DNA of 64,000 bases, from contig JAVWJP010000002.1 of NCBI GenBank assembly GCA_036638975.1, positions 54,375-118,374 on the forward strand. The letters are read 5' to 3'. The stretch's first letter is position 1, and each line of letters begins with the position of its first letter. Below the pieces are notes generated by a model. The model saw only the letters and a program-made list of their open reading frames with translations, did no database searches and had not been told where the DNA came from. The position numbers and the translations under genes were made by a program. Positions 28,901-37,527 of the stretch are shown here, piece by piece. The DNA comes from Hydrogenoanaerobacterium sp. Its GTDB lineage: Bacteria; Bacillota; Clostridia; Oscillospirales; Ruminococcaceae.

Positions 28901-28938
28901 AAAAAAGCCGCATCAGCACTGCATTATGCCAAAGCGGT
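28901..28938 (-). terminator. Putative riboswitch expression-platform terminator
   Basis: The minus-strand RNA ACCGCUUUGGC-AUAAUGCAGU-GCUGAUGCGGC forms an imperfect ~9 bp stem followed by U6. It lies between the B12 aptamer and the cbiM RBS. Confidence 0.45.
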
Positions 28939-28994
28939 TTGTATTTTAATAACATTAACAAACGCAGACCGGCTACCGCAGAACTGACGTAAAA

Positions 28995-29164
28995 TGTACA
29001 GGCAGATATTCTGACTTATGTATCAAAGCACCAAATTGCCTTCCCGAGGTATAACCCCAGTGGCATAGTAATTTGGCGCTCCACACTTACAGCAGCGGCC
29101 CTGTGCGGGATTTTCACCCGACTTCCCTTTTAAACCCACCGCCAAAACGGCAGGTAACCTGTAC
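28995..29164 (-). ncRNA. Cobalamin (AdoCbl) riboswitch aptamer
   Basis: The minus strand reads GTACAGG...AAAAGGGAAGTCGGGTGAAAATCCCGCACAGGGCC...GCCACTGG...GGGAAGGC...AAGTCAGAATATCTGCCTGTAC. This gives conserved core blocks, a B12-box-like AGTCAGAATATCTGCC and a closing P1 stem GTACAGG/CCTGTAC. It lies directly upstream of cbiMNQO. Confidence 0.88.
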
Positions 29165-29190
29165 AAAAGCTATATTCATTTGTACTTTAA

Positions 29191-29219
29191 ATTGTACTTT
29201 AATTATACTGTTATGTCAA
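29191..29219 (-). promoter_or_regulatory. Sigma-A-type promoter of the cob operon
   Basis: Minus strand TTGACA-17 nt-TACAAT. The predicted transcription start site (TSS) is about 20 nt upstream of the riboswitch P1 stem. Confidence 0.6.
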
Positions 29220-29298
29220 GTTTGTTTTGCTATTCAAATGCTGTTATAAAATTTAATTGTGTTAAAAATTGATACCACGGACAAAATATAAATTTATA

Positions 29299-29327
29299 TA
29301 GACATATCGCCTTAAACTGTGTATAAT
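29299..29327 (+). promoter_or_regulatory. Putative promoter of the lipoprotein gene
   Basis: TAGACA-17 nt-TATAAT, about 45 nt upstream of the ATG at 29374. Confidence 0.4.
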
Positions 29328-29373
29328 TTATAGGTATCTAAACGCGATAAAGTTTATGAAAAGAGGAAATTAA

Positions 29374-30447
29374 ATGAAATTTAAAAAAATAGCAGCTTTG
29401 CTGCTTGCGGCAGTTATGGCTTCATCACTTGCAGCCTGTAATTCTAAAGACGTGGGCTGGATAGCAAAAACCTCAGATGGTGAAGAAATTCCAGCAGGCG
29501 TGTACATTGCAGGCATGGTAAATGCCTACACCGCCGCCGAAAGCAAGGTTGAGGACAAAGAGAAAAAAGTTCTTGGGCAAACTGTTGACGGCAAGCCCGC
29601 CGAGCAGTGGATAGCCGAAGAAAGCGACAAGGCATTTGCAAGATATGTAGGAGTAACCGAAAAAGCAAAGGCGCAGGGTCTTAGCATAAGCCCTGACGAG
29701 AAGTCCTTTTTACAGCAGCAGGTGCAATATCAGTGGCAATATCTGGGCCCAATCTACCAACAAAATGGTGTAAGCCTGGAGAGCCTTACAAAAGCGCTTG
29801 AGAGCAGCTACAAAGAAAGTATGCTTTTTAACGCTAAATACGGCAAAGATGGCACAGAGCCTATCCCCGATGACACTTTACTGAAAGAATTTCAAACAAA
29901 TTTTTACAAAACAATTTATGTCACAATGAGCCTTACCGATGAAAATGCCGAGCTCAAGGACGAAGCAGGGCAAAAGCTGATAAACGATAAAGCAAACGAG
30001 ATTTTAGCAAAAGCCACAGCCGAGGGTGCAAACTACAAGGACATTATACTCGAGTACGAAAAAGAGCAGGCAGCCTCTAAAGGGGAAGACCCTGCAACCG
30101 TACACACCCACGACGAGAGCTCTCACGTAAGCTTTATAAACAAAAAAAGCGAAAGCTACAAGGCAGACTTTTTAGCCGAGGTAGAAGCAATGAAGACAGG
30201 CGAAACAAAGGTGCTGACCTCCGGCAATGTAATTTATATACTGCAAAAGCTTGCAAACGACGTACCGTCTGACATGGAGGCACACCGCAATGAGCTTATG
30301 CAAACGCTTAAAGGTGACGAGTTTAAAGCAGAGATGGAAGCACTTGCAGCAGAAACCAAAATAGAATATAACCCCAAAGCAAAAAAGCTTTATACTCCGT
30401 CAAAAATTAAAATCGACATTAAGGACAGCAAAGCATCTGCGAAATAA
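29374..30447 (+). CDS. Lipoprotein, possibly a SurA/PrsA-N-terminal-like chaperone domain protein without an obvious rotamase domain
   Basis: Signal peptide with lipobox LAAC (MKFKKIAALLLAAVMASSLAAC). RBS AAGAGGAAA. The mature part is Lys/Glu-rich and helical. The functional call is weak. Confidence 0.6.
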   Translation: MKFKKIAALLLAAVMASSLAACNSKDVGWIAKTSDGEEIPAGVYIAGMVNAYTAAESKVEDKEKKVLGQTVDGKPAEQWIAEESDKAFARYVGVTEKAKAQGLSISPDEKSFLQQQVQYQWQYLGPIYQQNGVSLESLTKALESSYKESMLFNAKYGKDGTEPIPDDTLLKEFQTNFYKTIYVTMSLTDENAELKDEAGQKLINDKANEILAKATAEGANYKDIILEYEKEQAASKGEDPATVHTHDESSHVSFINKKSESYKADFLAEVEAMKTGETKVLTSGNVIYILQKLANDVPSDMEAHRNELMQTLKGDEFKAEMEALAAETKIEYNPKAKKLYTPSKIKIDIKDSKASAK

Positions 30448-30466
30448 TTAACCGGTTCACAAATAA

Positions 30467-30516
30467 AAGCACCTGCGAATTTAGCTGAAAAAGCTATTTT
30501 CACAGGTGCTTTTTAG
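30467..30516 (+). terminator. Rho-independent terminator
   Basis: Stem AAAGCACCTG...CAGGTGCTTT followed by TTT. The loop is long (~26 nt). Confidence 0.55.
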
Positions 30517-30584
30517 CTTTAATATCAAAGCGTCACACAGCTTTTGAATTAACAATTTTTACAAAGCTACACCAAAATAAATAA

Positions 30585-31439
30585 TCAGCCGTACATCTTG
30601 CCAAATATCTCTGACAATGACGATGAAAGCTGTAAGACATTTTTGTCATTCCATACTCCGCGCACCATTACACTTCGCGCATGGTTGCCCGATAGCTTTG
30701 ACAAAAACGTGAGTAGCTCGCGCCTGCTGTCATAGTCATTAAACGAAACATCTCCGTCTGCAAGGTTTATAACCTTACGAAAAACCTCATCGGCGTCACT
30801 GCGCAGTATATTTTTAAGGCTGCTGTTTATATAATATGCCAAAAGCTCTGCCGAATCTACCCCCGCAGCTCCAACACATAAAAGCTTGTACAGACGCGAG
30901 CCGTCCAAAAGCTGTCGCCCCGCAACAGGGTTTTCGCCGTCCCAAGCCGCGTATGGCAATTCTTCAAAGTTATATTCTACTGCCCCGATAATATCTATGG
31001 CATTAATAAAATTTTCTTCGGTAAAGCTAAGGCTTCTGTGCACCGTAATTTCAAGCACCTCACCAAGTGCAAGCTTTGCCGCCATTGCACCGTTTTTTGT
31101 ATATACCTCGCCTAAAGTAAGCATCATCTCATTACTCTTTACAAGAGCTTGCGGTGTAAAAACCGCCACCGGTATTTCTCCGCGCATAGCATTTATACCC
31201 ACCAAAAAAAAGCTGTGCGGTGTACCGGCATCGTCACAGACTGCAAGCATAATATTAAGGCTGTCTTCGCGGCGTGGTGTATAATATTCATCAGCGGGTA
31301 TTGCTTTAAGCTCTTCTACGGGCGGTTTTTCTTTGTTCACAAAAGCTGCCATACACAAAGCAAGCGTTAAAAGCGCCAAAAAAGAAGCACCAAACGCAAG
31401 CACAAAATATTTTGTTCGCTCAAAATTATGCCAATTCAT
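30585..31439 (-). CDS. Membrane-anchored LytR/CpsA/Psr (LCP)-like protein, degenerate
   Basis: 284 aa with an N-terminal TM anchor. The extracellular region has an LCP-like layout (SLNIMLAVCDD...FFLVGINAMRGEIPVAVF...IDIIGAVEY), but the usual PRD-type motif reads TPQ. Confidence 0.4.
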   Translation of the reverse strand: MNWHNFERTKYFVLAFGASFLALLTLALCMAAFVNKEKPPVEELKAIPADEYYTPRREDSLNIMLAVCDDAGTPHSFFLVGINAMRGEIPVAVFTPQALVKSNEMMLTLGEVYTKNGAMAAKLALGEVLEITVHRSLSFTEENFINAIDIIGAVEYNFEELPYAAWDGENPVAGRQLLDGSRLYKLLCVGAAGVDSAELLAYYINSSLKNILRSDADEVFRKVINLADGDVSFNDYDSRRELLTFLSKLSGNHARSVMVRGVWNDKNVLQLSSSLSEIFGKMYG

Positions 31440-31561
31440 TTTTTGCCCCCATGCTATTAATACTTATTATAATTGGCATTTTGGTAAAAAATATGCTACA
31501 ATTATCTATATTATTTACAATTTTGCTATGTGGCATTTTTAGACATAAAGGAGGCACTGCA

Positions 31562-32858
31562 TTTGGGTAAGACAGCACTGGTTTTGGCAGGGGGCGGCTC
31601 TCGCGGCAGCTACGAGCTTGGCGTATGGCAGGCGCTACGCGAAATGGACATAACCATAGACATGGTTACAGGCACATCTATAGGCGCTATAAACGGCTCT
31701 ATGATAGCACAGGGCGACTACGACACCGCCGTTGCATTATGGGATAAGCTTGAAACCAGCCACGTTTTTGATGTTGAAATAGATGAATCTCAAAGCATAA
31801 AAGCAAAGGTTTTAAAAACCTATAAAACATTTTTAAACAACTTTATAAAAAGCGGCGGGACAGACAGCAACCCGCTTAAAAAAACTCTCTGCGAATATTT
31901 TGATGAAGAAAAAATCCGTCTTTCCCCCATAGACTACGGCATTGTAACAGTAGAAATGGATACCCACAAGCCGCACGAGGTTTTTAAAGATGATATCCCT
32001 CAGGGGAAAATTATAGATTATATTTTGGCAAGCGCCTCAATTTACCCCGCAATAAAGCCGTATATAATAGACGGTGTGCGCTACATTGACGGTGCGTACT
32101 GCGACAATCTGCCCGTAAGAATGGCGCTTGAAAAAGGCGCAACAAGCATAATAGCGGTAGATTTAGAAGCCTTTGGTGTTGTAAAAAAAGAGGAGCTGAA
32201 GCTGGCTCAGCACGTTAAATATATAAAATGCCACTGGGATTTGGGACCGACACTTGTGTTTGACCACGCCACCATGCACCACAACATTCGCCTTGGGTAT
32301 TTGGACGCACTAAAGGCATATGGCGCATATGAGGGACAGGCATACACCTTCATAAATGGGTTTACAGCAACACAGGCACAGCGCTTTAAAGCAGAAGATT
32401 ACATTGAAAAGTTTTTTACAGCGGCTAAAAACAGCATGCTTGATAAAATGTTTTTGTCGCTGATTACCAAATTTTTGGAGGAGCGCGGCGTAACCGAGCT
32501 TAACGAAGAAAGCATCTCGCTTTTATGCGCTGAGGTTGCCGGAAAAACCTTTGGTATTAGCAGCGAAAACATTTATTCCGAAGAAGTTTGGCTTAAAAAC
32601 CTTGCAAAGGCTGTACAAAATGCCGAGGTTCCGCCGTCACTTACCGCAAACGGACTCTCAGAAAACAAAACCGGTGTTTTTGAAATACTCAAAAACACCG
32701 GCGCACTTCTTGACAAATGTGTACGCACAAAATATGCGGCTCTTGTCATAAAAGATATTCTTTTAAACAAACGCAATACCTTACAGCTACCCGCACCGGC
32801 CTTTTTACCCGATGCTTTTTTAGGCGGGTTATACCTTGCTTTATATAAGCTTGTTTAA
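31562..32858 (+). CDS. Patatin-like phospholipase
   Basis: Oxyanion GGGSRG, nucleophile elbow GTSIG and catalytic Asp in IDGAYCDN. Preferred start is TTG 31562, 7 nt after AAGGAGG. The track starts at GTG 31530. Confidence 0.85.
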
Positions 32859-34354
32859 CGCCCGCGCCGCTTTTCAGGCGGCTTATATGGCGGTGAACGG
32901 TTACTGCTGTACCCGCGCGGTGTAGCTACACTGTGTGCGGCAGCATAGCCGCGTGGCTCGGCAGTTGCCCCGTTGTTGGCTTCAAAAGCTTCATTGTCAG
33001 GGTTCGACTCCGCTTTTTTCATCAAATTATGCTGCGCGTGCACCGCACGGCGCTTGCTTTTACGGCGGCGTTTATTAATAATACGCATAAATACGGCAAA
33101 AAAGCCTAAAAGCAAAACCAGCACTGCAAGCCCTAAAAGCATTATGGCAAGCACTTTAAGAACAGCTAAAATTTGCTCGCCAAAGCTAGCCCACGGCTTT
33201 TTAAGGTTTCCACTGTCAAGAGTGTTATCCGCCGCTAAAACGCTGTAGTCCATAGGGTACGAGCCTAAATCACCATACATACTGTCTGAATTTACAGAGA
33301 AGCTTACACGCGGGTTAATCTCTGCATACGAATATTTTTCGGGGATATCATAGCTTATATTTATATCATTCACATTAATGCTTTTATGAAGCAAAAGCGG
33401 ATAGTCCTCTTTGCCTGTGATAGTTATATCCTCGGACGAATCACCGTCTTTATAATTTGGAAGGTCAAAGGTTTTTATCCTGTCTTTGGTGATTGATATA
33501 GGAACAAAGCTATCAAAGCAGTAATCAAAAAGCATTGTTGCATCTTTAAATTTATCATACTTTTGCGGCGATTTCATTGTTACACATATAAGCTTAACAG
33601 CGCCGCGCTGTGCCACCGTCACCATAGTATGCTTTGCTTCTTCTGTCCAGCCCAGCTTGCCGCCCAAGGTGCCCTCATAATAATATTTAGACTCCACCAG
33701 CATCATGTGCTCTGTACCAAAGCGCCGTTCGTTTTTTTGCATTGCATTAGGCGGTATAACATAAATATCCTTCATACCAAATATACTCATATAGTTTGGT
33801 ACTGTCATGGCATACTTTGTTATAAGCGCCATGTCATAAGCTGTCGTATAGTGGTTATCTTCAGGCAGCCCGCTTGCATTTACAAAATTTGTGCCTGTAC
33901 AGCCAAGCTCCGCTGCTTTTTTATTCATCATAGCGGCAAAGGCTTCTGTACTGCCGCTCACGTGCTCTGCCAAAGCGTTGGCGGCATCATTTGCCGAGGG
34001 CAGCATTGTGGCATAGGCTAAGTCTTCAACTGTTAAAACCTCACCCGGTTGAAGGGCGATGTTAGAGCTGTTTGGCTCTATTCCCCATGCGGCATTTTGG
34101 CTTACCGTCACTTTTTCTTTTAATGCGCTGTTCTGTAGTGCAAGCGCCACCGTAAGCACCTTTGTTATGCTTGCGGGGTACTCGCGGCGGTTCATGTTTT
34201 TCTCTATAAGCACCTGCCCTGTGGCGGCGTCCATAACAACATAGCTCTCAGAAACAACCTCCGGCGGAGCTTCTGACACGGCAAATGCACAAAACGGAAA
34301 AACAAAAGCCGCTAAAACAACTGTTAAAAACAGCGCTGTAGTTTTTTTAAGCAT
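32855..34354 (-). CDS. D-alanyl-D-alanine carboxypeptidase (peptidase S11, low-MW PBP) with a C-terminal TM anchor and basic tail
   Basis: Signal peptide. SxxK (ASITKVLT), SxN (PSANDAA) and KxG (GGKLGWT) motifs. C-terminal TM segment followed by RRRKSKRR and a PRGY-repeat tail. Confidence 0.88.
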   Translation of the reverse strand: MLKKTTALFLTVVLAAFVFPFCAFAVSEAPPEVVSESYVVMDAATGQVLIEKNMNRREYPASITKVLTVALALQNSALKEKVTVSQNAAWGIEPNSSNIALQPGEVLTVEDLAYATMLPSANDAANALAEHVSGSTEAFAAMMNKKAAELGCTGTNFVNASGLPEDNHYTTAYDMALITKYAMTVPNYMSIFGMKDIYVIPPNAMQKNERRFGTEHMMLVESKYYYEGTLGGKLGWTEEAKHTMVTVAQRGAVKLICVTMKSPQKYDKFKDATMLFDYCFDSFVPISITKDRIKTFDLPNYKDGDSSEDITITGKEDYPLLLHKSINVNDINISYDIPEKYSYAEINPRVSFSVNSDSMYGDLGSYPMDYSVLAADNTLDSGNLKKPWASFGEQILAVLKVLAIMLLGLAVLVLLLGFFAVFMRIINKRRRKSKRRAVHAQHNLMKKAESNPDNEAFEANNGATAEPRGYAAAHSVATPRGYSSNRSPPYKPPEKRRGR

Positions 34355-34469
34355 TTATTTTTCCCTCCAAGCTTATACTTAATAATACTTTTTGCGCAAT
34401 ATAAAAAAGCTTTTTTATATGCGAGCATTATAATTATAACAATTTTTGACGAAAAATAAAATAGACTAT

Positions 34470-34498
34470 TTGTTAAATGCAAACTAAAGTGCTATAAT
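34470..34498 (+). promoter_or_regulatory. Sigma-A-type promoter with an extended -10, upstream of the cyclophilin gene
   Basis: TTGTTA-17 nt (ending TGc)-TATAAT. Confidence 0.5.
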
Positions 34499-34558
34499 AT
34501 TCACTGTTATACACCCGCATGGTGTTAATTTTTATTACAACTGAAATGAGGAAAAACT

Positions 34559-35080
34559 ATGAAGAACCCAATAGTTACCATCGAAATGGAAAACGGAGCG
34601 ACCATGAAGGCCGAGCTTTACCCCGACATTGCGCCAAACACAGTTAAGAACTTTGTCACGCTTGCAAAACGCGGCTTTTATGACGGGCTAATTTTTCATC
34701 GAGTTATACCGGGCTTTATGATACAAGGCGGCGACCCGCAGGGCACAGGCATGGGCGGTCCGGGGTATTCTATTGCCGGAGAATTTAGCGGCAACGGCTT
34801 TAACAACGAGCTGCTTCACACTAAAGGCGTGCTATCTATGGCGCGTGCACAAAACCCAAACAGTGCAGGCTCGCAATTCTTTATAATGGTTGATGATGCA
34901 CCATTTTTAGATGGACAATATGCCGCCTTTGGTAAGATAACCGATGGCATTGAAGAAGCAGACCGCATAGTTTCGGTAAAGCGCAACCGCGATGACAGAC
35001 CACATGAGGAGCAAAAAATAAAAAAAATGACGGTCAAGCTTGAGGGCAACGAAAACTGGGAGCCCGAAGTAATAAAATAA
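34559..35080 (+). CDS. ppiB: Peptidyl-prolyl cis-trans isomerase, cyclophilin type
   Basis: 173 aa. FHRVIPGFMIQGGDP, SMARAQNPNSAGSQFFI and FGKI motifs. Confidence 0.95.
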   Translation: MKNPIVTIEMENGATMKAELYPDIAPNTVKNFVTLAKRGFYDGLIFHRVIPGFMIQGGDPQGTGMGGPGYSIAGEFSGNGFNNELLHTKGVLSMARAQNPNSAGSQFFIMVDDAPFLDGQYAAFGKITDGIEEADRIVSVKRNRDDRPHEEQKIKKMTVKLEGNENWEPEVIK

Positions 35081-35103
35081 CAAAGTTTTTTTGTGATTAC
35101 TAT

Positions 35104-35152
35104 AAAACAACACTCCGCACCTTTGTAATGGCGTGGGGTGTTGTTTTTTGTT
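35104..35152 (+). terminator. Rho-independent terminator, probably bidirectional (ppiB / helD-like convergent pair)
   Basis: Stem AACAACACTCCGC...GCGTGGGGTGTTGTT followed by TTTTTG. There is an A-run on the other side. Confidence 0.7.
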
Positions 35153-35165
35153 GATGCTTTTTATT

Positions 35166-37394
35166 CTACTTTAGTAACTTGCTTTTATTTTTTACGCAAT
35201 AAATATAAAGACGATGCAGGGGACGAGTAGACGCTATATAAAGAAGCTTTCTGTCGTCGTCGGTTTTATAGTTTTTGTTATCTGCACCATAAATAAACAC
35301 CGTGTCAAACTCCAGCCCCTTTGCCATATAAATTGGCATAATATACACGCCCTCGGTTATTTCATCGGTAGAATTGCCCACCAGCTTTGCACCGATTGCC
35401 CCACCGACTCTTTCGTACAGCTCGTACGCTTCTTTAAAGCTCTTGCAAAGCACAGTAGCCGAAGCAAAGCCCTCGCCCACAACATTTTTTACGTCACTGC
35501 AAAGGCACTCATCTATGTCACTTACAGTGTCATAAATGCGTATTTCCGGTTCCTTCTCGTGCCTGTCAAAGCTCTCTTGACGCGTGTCCTCGTCTGTAAA
35601 GCGTGTGCTGTAGGCACTTATCTCTGAGGAGCACCTAAAGCTTTTATTCATCGTAACAAGAGTGCTTTTTGGCTTTGCCAAAACCGTCTTTATGTCATCA
35701 TAAAAGCTCATATCTATATCTTTTATTATAGTTTGATTGATGTCACTTAGCAGTGTGTAACGGGCGCTCGGCAAAATCTCAGCTAAAATTTTGTACTGCA
35801 TATGCGCATAATCTTGTGCCTCATCTACGACCACTTGCTTTATTAAACCGCCGTTTTCTGCACCCATAAGCTTTATTCTTAAATACAAAAGTGCCATACC
35901 GTTTACAAAGCTTACCTTTGCCCGCGTAAGCCCGCCGCATAATTCATTAAGTATTTCGTCTGCATCAGGTGGCAATGTAAGCCCCTCTGCAAGTGTATGA
36001 AAGAGCGCCTTGTCTTTAAGCAATGAAGCATAAATTTCGTATGGATTAATCCTTGTAAAAGCCTGTATTTTGTGAGCCAAAGCGGTTGTTTCTTTTATTG
36101 ATATCAGCCTTGCACGCTGTTTTACCTCAAACTGGTGCTCAGGGTGGTCGCGTACAAAGTCTTCCAGCTCGTCCAGACGCTCTTTTTTAGCGGTGTGCAC
36201 TTTCTCTAAAAGTTTTTCTTCAAGCACACGCAAACGCTTTGCAAGCGGCTGATTGGGACGTGCCTGAAAGAGCTCGCTGCGCAATGCCTGCCTGCCTGCT
36301 ATGTTTTTTCCGCCATAAATAAGCTCGGGAACCTCTATTACACGCCGCTCGTAATACACTGCCAGCCTGTCCAAAATCTCACAGAACATCGGTGAAAGTG
36401 CAAACTCCATGGTACTTTTTAAAAGCTCTCGCTTTTTTTCGCGCCTTTCGGTAATAAGCTCCTCAAGCATACAGTTGCGGCTGCCTATTTCAAGAGTATC
36501 ACCAAAATAATCTGTAAAAATATCTTCAAAGGTTTTTGTAACCGCGTTTTCTTCGCCAAGCTCCGGCAATACGCCGGAAATATATTTGCCAAAAAGCGAG
36601 TTGGGCGAGAGTATAAGAATGTTGTTTGATGAAAGCCCGCCGGAAATCCCCTGATACATCAAAAAGGCGACACGGTGCAGCGCAACAGAGGTTTTACCAC
36701 TGCCTGCAACGCCCTGCACCATAAGCAAATCACTTTCTACATCACGAATAATAACGTTTTGTTCGCGCTGAATTGTTTCTACAATAGTTTTCATTTTTGG
36801 TGAAGTGTTTTTAGAAAGTGCACTGCGCAAAACCTCGTCCATAACATTTAAACTGCAATCAAAGAAATAAATCAGCTCTCCGTTTCTGATATCATACTGC
36901 CGTTTAAGACTCATTTCGCCGTTTATTAAACCGGACGGCGACATATAGCTTACTCGCCCGGGCTCGCCGCTGTAAAAAAGACCCGAAACAGGTGCTCGCC
37001 AGTCGTAAACATATGCGTCAAGCCCCTCGTCGTCTGTAAGGCTGCCCACACCTATATAAATAGGCTCGCGCTCATAGCCGTCCTCGGTAAAATCTATACG
37101 CGCAAAATACGGGTGCTTCATCATGCTTTCGTAAAGATGCAGCCGTGCAGTAAGCATACGAAAGCTTATTGTGCGTGTTTCTATATCTCCCAGCGCTTGG
37201 TTTGCCTCCACCAGACGGGCAAAATCGTTGGAAAAATGTACAGTATTTTCATACATTTGTTTGCTAAGTGCCATAAGCGCCTTTTTTTCGTTTACAGCAA
37301 ACTCTTGTTGAGTTCCAAAGTGCTCTGCTGCAACGCCCACAACCTTTGCAAGGTATTTTTTCTCGGTTTCAAATTCTTCTTCGTAAGTAGGCAA
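35166..37394 (-). CDS. helD: UvrD-like superfamily 1 helicase, HelD (helicase IV / RNA polymerase recycling factor)-like
   Basis: 742 aa. Walker A GVAGSGKTSVALHR, VVDEAQDY, and a C-terminal UvrD-C block LYIASTRPLHRLYIY. TTG start after GGGGAG. Confidence 0.75.
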   Translation of the reverse strand: MPTYEEEFETEKKYLAKVVGVAAEHFGTQQEFAVNEKKALMALSKQMYENTVHFSNDFARLVEANQALGDIETRTISFRMLTARLHLYESMMKHPYFARIDFTEDGYEREPIYIGVGSLTDDEGLDAYVYDWRAPVSGLFYSGEPGRVSYMSPSGLINGEMSLKRQYDIRNGELIYFFDCSLNVMDEVLRSALSKNTSPKMKTIVETIQREQNVIIRDVESDLLMVQGVAGSGKTSVALHRVAFLMYQGISGGLSSNNILILSPNSLFGKYISGVLPELGEENAVTKTFEDIFTDYFGDTLEIGSRNCMLEELITERREKKRELLKSTMEFALSPMFCEILDRLAVYYERRVIEVPELIYGGKNIAGRQALRSELFQARPNQPLAKRLRVLEEKLLEKVHTAKKERLDELEDFVRDHPEHQFEVKQRARLISIKETTALAHKIQAFTRINPYEIYASLLKDKALFHTLAEGLTLPPDADEILNELCGGLTRAKVSFVNGMALLYLRIKLMGAENGGLIKQVVVDEAQDYAHMQYKILAEILPSARYTLLSDINQTIIKDIDMSFYDDIKTVLAKPKSTLVTMNKSFRCSSEISAYSTRFTDEDTRQESFDRHEKEPEIRIYDTVSDIDECLCSDVKNVVGEGFASATVLCKSFKEAYELYERVGGAIGAKLVGNSTDEITEGVYIMPIYMAKGLEFDTVFIYGADNKNYKTDDDRKLLYIASTRPLHRLYIYCVKNKSKLLK

Positions 37395-37527
37395 ACGGCT
37401 TCTCTCCCCTTTTATGGCAATTATGTGCCAAAAAATAATGCTATAACAACTGTTGTATCAGCTATTATAGCACATTTTTTATTAAAAATCCATCTGTATT
37501 TTTGTTGTGGGTGAACAATAAAAGTCG

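Noticed and set aside
31562-32858. The patatin-like phospholipase as a CapV-type effector of a CBASS anti-phage system.
   Set aside because: There is no CD-NTase or cyclase, no Cap2/Cap3, and no other defence gene adjacent. The neighbours are envelope housekeeping genes.
35166-37394. The HelD-like helicase as part of a defence or mobile-element module.
   Set aside because: It is a single gene with its own promoter and terminator, flanked by housekeeping genes. No nuclease, methylase, integrase or repeats lie nearby.
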